Shown here: positions 54,941 to 64,000 of the stretch, piece after piece
How the letters are laid out: every line of letters starts with the position of its first letter
How positions within the stretch are numbered: the stretch's first letter is position 1
From: Lingula anatina
Taxonomy: Eukaryota > Animalia > Brachiopoda
Assembly: GCA_051362555.1 (NCBI GenBank)
Contig: CM120643.1
Location: 3,968,001-4,032,000, forward strand
DNA length: 64,000 nucleotides
Direction: 5' to 3'
The notes under the pieces: model-generated
Told to the model about the DNA's origin: nothing
The model's input: the letters and a program-made list of their open reading frames with translations, nothing else
Database searches by the model: none
Made by a program: the position numbers and the translations under genes

Positions 54941-56265
54941 TTTTATGTAGACATATTCTAGCTAGATTGGACATGCATGTAAGATGAGAGAAGATGGCTT
55001 TTCTCTCTTAAATAGTTGACACCCGTACATAGATGTTCAGTGAGTTTTGAAGAAGTATGGGCAGAAATCATAAAACCATGGCTCAGATATTTCTTGTGAC
55101 ATGTAAATATTGTGTACGATAATTGTCTACATTAAACTTAGTTTTAGTATAATTTGAACTCAATTTTTTGTATTGTATATTTAAAAATGTTGTTTACATG
55201 ATATTTTTGATATGATAATTGATCACTCGCATATTTCCACTGTCCGTATTGGACTTTGGTCAGAACCAACTTTAAATTGCACCATGTAATCAATAACTGT
55301 GCATATATATATATATGTTGCTAATAGCTTACTTAGGCTTATTGTATGTATTAGCATGTATAGCACTTCTTGACTTTCAGTTCACCAACAAGGGCTGACC
55401 AAAAAATCTGGGCTATGAAAAATTGCAACTACTAGAAGAGCTTTTTTTTTCTTTTGCTTTTTCCAAATTTCTCTAATAAAGGATGTTCAGGTGCCTTCCC
55501 CTTCCTAAGAAAGAGGGAGTTAGGTTTTCGATTCTATTTGTCATCCATATTTAATAAATAGATTGATTGATTCTGAATCATTAGCTTTATTTAATTAAAT
55601 TCTGCTCTTATTGTCCAGAACCTAACAAGCGTTTGATACTAAATGTCAGCCCTTATTTTGTTCATTTTAGAAAAACAAAAACCTTTACTCTTTTTGCTCA
55701 CAATAAAGCTCCAGTAGAGCAACCCTTTTGGATATTTGATCGATTTCTTTTTTCTTTTTTTAACTTGCAAGTTAAGCTCCTTAGGAGCAGTTTTGGCTGT
55801 TTATCTTTTATTGTTTGGCTTCATTTAATTTTCAAAGGAACACACCAATTTCTTAAATACTTTTTTGTCATAATACTCTGTTTGACATAAAATAAAGGTG
55901 GTCTTGATCAGATTTCAAACCCTCTGTTTCTTGTGTTTGTATCAGGTGTTGTGTGGATGGATGATGCAGATTAAGTACATTTTAGAGAGAAGTTGCTCAT
56001 TTGTTGTTTGCATGTCAAACGTGTTTTTATTTAACATATTCTTTTGGTCAAAGAATGTTAAATGTCAAATAAGTTATTAAATAAATAAGCATGCTTTTCA
56101 GCCTTATAATATAAAACCAACAAGTCCAGGAAAAATGCAATTTATTCAAGCAAAATATATTTCCTTGAGCTTTTTTTACCCTTGCTGTCACTGGAATGTT
56201 TACAAAAAATACAATAGCCATAGTAATCATAGAATGTCACATTTGCCTCTGCCAAGACTATTCCA

Positions 56266-57798
56266 TCAGTCACTTAAGGCCATCACCATTTCCTGTTCTT
56301 GTGACCACTGCCTTAGCCATTTTGAGAGCCAAGTCTTTAACTTGGGTGCCTTAATTGAAACAATCTCCCTACTAAAGTTTTCAAATTTTTGTGCTTTAAA
56401 CCATCTCCCAGGTTCTCTGCTAAACATGTTTACCCTCTCTGTTATTTCTCTTAAGACAATTGCAAAGTTTGTCTCACTTTTGAATTTTGCATGGTAGCCA
56501 GAGGGTTTGTGCACTTTCAGGTCTTGGTTTTGGGAATTGACAATTTCAACTATCCTTTTTAAGGCTTTAGCCTCTTGGTTTGCAGAATTTTCTGTAATAT
56601 TTACACCTAAATGTTTGAGTGAATTTTTAAGAGCCAAATTCAGATTTTCCAAGTGAAAGTCAAGAGATACGCGATACCCAAGCCCACTTCTTCTGTTTAC
56701 AGTCCTATTCCACATCAATCTGTGGGCCTCCATGGGTGGCAATGACTTCAGCAGAACTGCCAAATGAAGAGCAGCTAGTGAGTACTTAGTTGACTGCTTT
56801 TCAAAGTATAAGGGTAGAAACCACTTCCACATGTTGGTGATTTCTTCCCCATCACCCTCATGCACAGCATCATCAGCATTCAAATACATCAGTCCAAGGG
56901 TGATGTATACCAAACCATAATTCCATACGGCATCTTCATCTTCATCTTCATCTTTTTTTACATCAATGGATAGGTTGTGCATTTCAATTTCATGCCGCAT
57001 TCTTGCAGCCTTATATTTGTAGACCTTGCCACACACAGAGCAGACTTGCTCCTCCTCTGCCTGAACCAGGTGCACCCATGAGGGAAACAAAGTGCTCCAC
57101 ACACGGGCACAATGTGGCCAGGAGCCATTGTGACTTGTCCTCCTTTGAGGCATGGACAAGGTCCCCAGGCATTATTCCAGATTCCATGCCTTCCATCCCA
57201 AAATACGCCATAGTGGCAGCAACAATATAGGCATCTAGGTAGAGGTAGAATGCCTCTTTCACCTATAATATGAAAATTATCATCAACAGTCAGGTTTGCT
57301 TTTTGGCTGGCCTACTCATCATTTTGTATTTAAAATAAACATAATTATATATAGACATATGATAATTTTAGGAAGTCATCCAAAAATGCATTTGTTAGAT
57401 ATGAGTGACAGGGCACTATAAAGTTAACTGGTTTACTATGCTTTTTTCCCACTAGCAGCTTTAAAGTTGATTTGAGTAATAAAAAATCAATATGAAGCTG
57501 GCAAAAGCATACTATGGAACCTAGGGTAGAACAAAACAAACCTTATTGTATTCATTAAGTAGACTCAACTTAGCATTAGAGTTGTTGGTAACAGTTGCAT
57601 TAGCAAAGTAGGTTCCTGCATCACCGGTTGTATCTGGATGACTTAATATTTCCATGATTCTCTGCAAGAAATTTTTGAACATTTGTATCAAAATATATTT
57701 AAAATGTATTCATGTTTAGAGAACAATTATGATAATTTAAAACCAATGATCTATCTGATAATGTTAAAAATTGTACTCGCAGTATATCTGGTCAATGG

Positions 57799-57847
<49 letters not shown>

Positions 57848-60800
57848 TGGATGGCAAAAACAAGCAATTTGTGGATTTTCAAACCCATGGGGTGTACTTT
57901 TAATTATCACAATCACCTAATAGGAAGATAATTAAAAAATACCTGGAAAGCTATGCGAAAGGCATGCCAGTCCTCATTCTTTGGTAAAACACCCATCAAC
58001 ATTTCCAAAAGAGTATCGCTATCCAGTCTGGCCTTCTGAGCATTTCTAGCCCTTTCTTCTGTTAGTTGATCTCCGCCAAAGAAAATCTGAAATAATGGAA
58101 ATTATTATTATTATTATGAATAAAGGGGGAAGCACATTTATGTGACTTCAATTTTTTCAAATGAAGAAAGCATCAGTAATCAACTAACATGGAGCTTCTC
58201 AATTCCCTGCATTCAGGGTGCTTATTTTTATTAATTAGTTGGTACTTTTAACTATTATCTTTGCATAGCATTTCATGGACATTAACAATTGTACAAAAAA
58301 TTTGTTACCTGTTCTCTAATTTCTTTTCCATCTTCATTTAAAGGAACATAACGCTGGTGCAAATCTTGTAGTATTTCTACCATTTCTTCATTCTCATTAC
58401 GAAAAAGAAGACATAGTGGATACTGCAAACAAAACCAATGAAAATACTAAATGCTAGGAATACATGATTATGACATTGAAAGTATTAAATCAATTTTAGA
58501 TTAATGTCCACTGTATTTATGGATTTAAAAAATAAATCTTTTCAATCAATAGCTTATTAGCCTAGCCAAATATGTTGGCTCCTTTACTGTCTCTGAAATG
58601 TCCTTCATCTTAGAGGAATACTGGTGCGAAATGTGTCTAATTGGCTAGGGGTTGAAAGCCTGGCATCCACCTTGTCACAACACGGGACGAGTGTATTGTA
58701 AACCTTCCAATGAGTCTGCTGGCATCATGTTGATTTGGTAAGAACTCATGCAGAGGAATGTCCTTAATTTTTTTAACCTGCTGGTTGTCCAATCCCACTG
58801 GCGATCTGAGGCCATATGACGTGCCTTCACTTCTAAGTCAATATTGTCACCAACAATTTGGTAACGCCTAGTGCTGCCTGTGTCCTGTTTTGCATCGAGT
58901 ACTGGCTGGTCAAAGCCCTCCCCAGCCTTCTTCTTTAATCTCAAGGCCATTCTACTACTTACACTTACAAACTGATGTGACAACCTTTTCAGCACCTAAA
59001 TAATTAAAAAAGATAACAATGAAAATATTTTCAATTGAATCTACAACTGGTAATATATTAACATCTAGTTTTTTCAATTAAAAGTTTAAGAAAGTGATAG
59101 TTTTCCTCTCACATTATGAAATTCACTTGCTTTGAGGATATTTTTAAAGCTAAGCTAAAGCTTGGCTATTTAAAATTCAATGTTTTTCATGAGGATTGAG
59201 AAAGCTGTAGAGCTCTGTCACAAGTTAGGAAAGGACAATCATTTATTGAGAAAAAATGAGGAAATTGTCCTTTATCCCAGAAAAATTCATTAAATTCAAT
59301 TTTATTTTTAAGCAAAAATCCAAGAAAGAAAGTATACACAATTTTATAATATATAACTCACCATTGTTGAGCACCCTCCATTCTGCATGGCAATAGCATT
59401 CTTGCAGGCCCATGCAGCCATATCTTTGTTTCTTGCCTTTAATATAACACAGGCTGGGGACACTATCTTCAAAGCCTTCTCATCATATGTAGACTGACTC
59501 CTCTTTCGAGTGGTTACACATCTAAGGAACCCATGTAGAGTTGGAGCTCTAGTTTTCAATTCTGTATTAACTGTGTTTACATTGACATTACTAAGGGTAT
59601 AGGGATTTGTCTGTCGGAGAACGCTTGGATCATTTAAGCTGCATAAATTGTCAACTTCTTTCTCTGCTTGCTTGTACATCTTTTCAATAAGCAAGGGCCT
59701 ATTAGGAGCATGGTTCCAAACTGCATGCAAAGCAAAGTGGTCTTGTCCTAAAGATAGATGCTTGATGACATCTTTATGCCAAGCATCAACAACATTATAA
59801 CTGGCACAATGGCTTGGATATTCTATTGATACCTGAAAAATATTTTAAAAATTACTACTCGCAAACTGTTAGGCAGTAACATGTAGCTCTTTAAAAGCTG
59901 AAGCTAAGTAGAATCCTCTGTAAACTTCAAACGAAAAAGATTGTATTCAGAAGTCCTTAATTAACTTGACATCATTAATTAAAAGCATTTGAACATGAGT
60001 CATCAAAAAGTGTTATCATATGGAATAAGGAAAAATTAACTATGCTTTAAGATATTTCACAATGTTACTTTCTCATTACAAAATACCTTGATTGTTTTGC
60101 CTTGGTTATGCTCAACTGCTTCTGCCACTGACTGAATGACTCCCAAGTTTGACACATCACTCAGCACTGAGTAAGACTCCTGTCTATGGTGGGAGTGAAG
60201 AAAAAATAATTAATGTTATAACTGAAGAACTAGATGCATTTGTTCTGAAAATGTTTAGCTTTAAACAATTATGTGGTTGGAGAGAAAGAGAGAGAGAGAA
60301 GAAAAAGAAAAAAATAAAAAGAGTGCGTGAGAAAAGAAAGAGAGATCTAAAATAACCAAGTGATGAGATTCATGTATCTTACCTTGTAATCACTATCTGT
60401 GATGATGCTTTGGGCACTATGTTTTCTGCTGCAGCTGCTGGACTTTGGAACAGTGATTTAGAGCTACTGCTACTGACCTCAGAGTTATTAAGGAATAAAA
60501 TTATAATAAAAATGAAATGAAAAAGTGAACTATTTTTTAAAAGACAAGTAACAATATCCATCTCCGAAAGCCACTAAAATCTTATTATCAGTGGAAATTT
60601 TCCAGCTGCTTCTTATTAGAAAGATAAATAGGAAACGATTTTACTTTTATTTAAAATTGGAAATTTAAGAGACCAAAAGAAGGCCAAATAGCTGCAGAAA
60701 AGTCTGCATATAGATGATTTTATTTATTACAGAAGATTGTGTCTGTCAGCACCTTGAAAATCTTTCTCCAACTGCTAATCTCTTCCGAGCACTTCCTTTC

Positions 60801-61744
60801 TTCGAGACAGGTGAAAGTGTTGTTGGAGTTGCTCTTTTGGATCTTACTGGACTGTAACTACCTGATTTTAATGCTAAATAAATAAATTAAGGTGTTCCTG
60901 TTAACATTAGGATGCATTAAGATAAATACTGTTAATGCTTCATTTATCATATTATACAAGTTTACAAGTTTATTTCACTGTAACATATGCATCCACTTGT
61001 GTGGATGAAAATGACAATATGAATACAATTTTTGTGAAGAAGCTTTTAAGCAATCACAATGAGTAAGACTATTTACTATTTAAAAAAATTACTACTATTA
61101 CTCAATTGCTGATGAGTGTAGCACTGTCTTCTAGATCCCTCCTAGCAAAAGCGGAGGAGAGAAACTGAGATAATGCAATAAGGGTTTCTTCTTCTTGACA
61201 TTTCATAATTATATATTATGTGACACTCTTCTAAAGAGTTCTGAAGACTGATTTAGCCATGTCATAAAACGTTTTCTTAGTGCTAGCATTAAAGCAATAG
61301 CTATTATTCCCGAGGAATTAACTGTAGGACGAAGAGTGCCCTAATTACATCTGGCCTTATTGAACTTTGAACTAACACCGCGACAGAATATCACTTTAAA
61401 ATCTTATTCTAAATTGCTCATATATATTTAATAATGTTTTAACATAAAAAAAACTTACATGCAATTGTAGTCTCCTTTCTCTTCTGAATATCTTCTTTCA
61501 GTGATAAATATTTCGATAAAAATGTCTTACATTTTCTGCAAACGTATGTGTGATGCAGTGCAAACTCGGAACTCAGCTGCAGTAGCTCAATATCCAGTGA
61601 TTTCTCAATCAAAATTTTTGCATCATCCTTTGTTAGTCGCCCTGAAATAACTGCTGAGTAACTAAGAATACCTTGCAACCGAAAGTCAGTGCCACAACAC
61701 ACGCATTTTTCTGCTTTGAAAACAGTTTTTTTCGGTGTAGCCAT
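56266..61744 (-). pseudogene. Academ(H)-family DDE transposase (DUF6589-like), 10 exons, disabled
   Basis: Exons 61744-61459, 60873-60731, 60477-60383, 60183-60087, 59832-59362, 58995-~58580, 58422-58309, 58086-57943, 57661-57542 and 57262-56266 are phase-compatible wherever both ends could be read. Motifs: IVGDNID, FFGGDQLTEERAR, EDWH, EGDG, KYSL, WNRTVN, LDFHLENLN. There is an in-frame TGA at 60746-60748 and frameshifts in exons 6 and 10. Confidence 0.8.
57801..57846. repeat. (AAT)n microsatellite in a transposase intron
   Basis: Read directly. Confidence 0.95.
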
Positions 61745-62339
61745 TGCTCACTACTTACAGCCATATCGCCATAGCTGTCAAATTTGGCGCATGGCAAGCA
61801 CGTGGGTCATGTTTATATATTCAGAAGTAAATGTTATTGAAAAGCAAAAAAATACAAAAACATTGGATACATCTTTTTCTTGTAGAAAATATTATTTATT
61901 TTTCCATTTATTATTTAAATACAGTAAATAAAATTAAATAAATCAGAATTAAATTTATTTTACGTTTCATTTTGGTTTAATGACATTCAACTGCAGTTTC
62001 ACTGCGGAGCAGTTCTATTTGATTGACGGAAACCTAACATGGCCGCTGGTCTTCAGTGCTAGTAAAAGGGACTCCACCACAAGGTATATTTAGCAAGCTA
62101 GCTTTTACGTTGCTCTGACACTCAGGGTATTATGCTGGGGACTTATAAGAATTCCTTTTAGAACAGTACATTGAAATATGAGAGTTGATACATTGTTTCT
62201 TATGTGTCTAAAAGAAAAAAAATAAGTTTTTGAAGTCATCCATTGCCCCCCCCCCCCCTTTTTTATGAAAAACTTTTCCCTATAATGCAGACATGTTGCA
62301 TATATTATATCATCTCCCAACCTTTATTTGGGGAAAATA

Positions 62340-62520
62340 TTTGTTCCTGACATAATGGCCTGCTGAAATCTTTTGTTGAAGATGATTTGTCTCAATGAAG
62401 TCAAGGTTTGTGAACCAGGCTCCAACCATTTCTTTTTCCTCCCTGACATCAGGAGATAGGGTCCATGTTCCTGTAGCCATCCACAGACATCCCTGGTGTT
62501 CATTCTCAACACGATGGTCC
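62340..62520 (-). mobile_element. Possible Kolobok-type transposase fragment
   Basis: Two overlapping frames give HRVENEH and EHGPY..RKKKWLEPGSQTLTSLRQIIFNKRF. These recall the HHV.N.H.W..C.HGPL..KKWL.PGS..L..IV motif of Kolobok-like transposases (from memory). Confidence 0.45.
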
Positions 62521-63570
62521 CCCCCCCCCCCCCCCACTTTGACTGAGTAAAAAATTTTTTAAAAATCATTATTTATTTTATTTTATTTTATTTTTGCATG
62601 TATTTTGGTGACTGTCTTACCATAGATACCAAACCATGTTTTTGTTTTACATCAAATATGCAGAGAGGCTTTGTTTAGTAAAAAGCTGCTTGAATTAAAA
62701 ATTAACAGGATTTGATTATTTTTACCAATACATGCGCACAGTTTTATAAGTATTGAAAGAAGCTATTATATAACTAATGGTAAAACTGGTGAATTTGCAA
62801 ACCCATAGGCCTTGGCCCATATTTGTATATATTCGGTGCTGTCACAGAAAAAAATCTATTAAACTCTTTTGTTGCAACATGTTTTGTGTTTTTTGTGTCT
62901 GTATATTTTGCCAGCTTTGCTGTCTAGTCTTATGTTAGTGCTCATCTTATGGTTTGCCTAAGGATAATTAAGTATGAAAGATGTCTGCAGCAATTTTGTA
63001 TTAGTAATATGGAGAAAATCATTTCATTATTATTTCTTTAAAATAAATAATGTAGCAAATTTTGGCAATAAATATATTGAAGCTTTTATACTAATATGTG
63101 CGGTCCTGTTGTTGTAGTCTTAATAAAAGATGAGTACTTATGATTACTTTGATTGCTTACTTTGTAATTTTATGTACATTTTTAAAAATAAAATTGAATG
63201 AAAAGACACTTTTTTCTTATCTTAATTATTCAAAGTTATTTATTGAGTTACTTTGCCTATAGTACATGTAGTGCTAATAAACTAATACTGGATAAAGCAA
63301 GTCAGAATGATGACTGAATCATCACATTGTTAATGTCTGTTATAAGTACTGGTACCTAATAAATTCCCACCTGGTAATTCTGGAGCTGTTTGTAATCAAA
63401 GAATGTTTATTTATTTATTTAATTAAGCTCATTAGTGCAGAATTTTATTTAAGAGAAACTGGGTTGAAGTTGTAGAGAGGCATAGATAAAGAGAAGGGAG
63501 AAAGAGAAATTAAATACTAAGAAAATTTCAGACTCCTATAGCTGTTTGTTATATTTTCTCTCTTATGCCT

Positions 63571-63766
63571 CATTGAGCATATTCAGAAGAGCAGACTAGC
63601 AGATCTGCGGATCAAATATGCCCACCTAAAAAGCTTGTCACTTAAAATTCCTGATAAGACACAAAATAGATTTCCTATGGGGATAAAGCAACAAGCATTA
63701 GCATTTAGTGGGTCACCATATTTGATCTGCAGATCAGTTAGTTCTCTGTTCTGAATGCGCTGATTG
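63571..63766. mobile_element. Palindromic MITE with ~50-bp imperfect TIRs
   Basis: GCATATTCAGAAGAGCAGACTAGCAGATCTGCGGATCAAATATG pairs with CATATTTGATCTGCAGATCAGTTAGTTCTCTGTTCTGAATGCGC. Confidence 0.75.
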
Positions 63767-64000
63767 ACAAATAATATCATACAGAACCTGGGTAGGGGGT
63801 AAAACTTATGCTTACAACAGGTATGTATACAAAACTGATGAAGGATACTTGGTAAATAAAAATTTTCCAGTTTTTCACTACTTGAGAGTTACTATTACAC
63901 TTACTGTCATATTGAAGATATTTCATTTACATACATAACCCCAACCAGGTAATATGATGTGACTATTTTATTCATCAGTGCAGTGGAGATCATAGTTGTA

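Larger units (their letters stand above)
52204..61744. mobile_element. AcademH-type DNA transposon (transposase plus RecQ-like helicase, convergent); right end not located
   Basis: Two convergent intron-containing genes typical of this lineage. A candidate left terminus TAGTAGCAATACCAGGCTCT is at 52204. Confidence 0.75.

Noticed and set aside
63583-63780. 65-aa minus-strand ORF
   Set aside because: It coincides with a palindromic MITE.
1-64000. tRNA/rRNA genes
   Set aside because: None recognised; the only tRNA-related sequence is the retroelement primer-binding site.

Overview
AT-rich animal (probably marine invertebrate) nuclear DNA with spliceosomal introns, microsatellites and many transposon relics; there are no prokaryotic features. 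From left to right: (i) 1-10 kb holds nested DNA transposons and retroelements: an AcademX-like 5' end, a CMC/EnSpm-like element with a 2-bp TSD, a small Gypsy LTR element inside it, MITEs and a Rex/Babar fragment. (ii) 10.2-17.6 kb is a minus-strand multi-exon gene for a CBM20 (glycogen/starch-binding) protein with a tail of symmetric phase-1 microexons. A Helentron-type element carrying a 146-bp satellite sits in one intron. (iii) 18.5-39.8 kb is a decayed LDL-receptor-family segment: a 62-bp minisatellite, an LDLa pseudoexon, and a ~19-kb macrosatellite in which an exon-like cassette is repeated ~20 times between 193-bp monomers, with 2745-bp and 5462-bp higher-order duplications. (iv) 40-52 kb is TE debris: HINE, Penelope with a hammerhead relic, hAT, a Gypsy element with TSD, and RTE-X. 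(v) 52.2-61.7 kb is a two-gene AcademH-type unit: a 3-exon RecQ-like SF2 helicase (+) convergent with a 10-exon DDE transposase (-), both lightly disabled. All family assignments come from reading motifs by eye; no database search was run.
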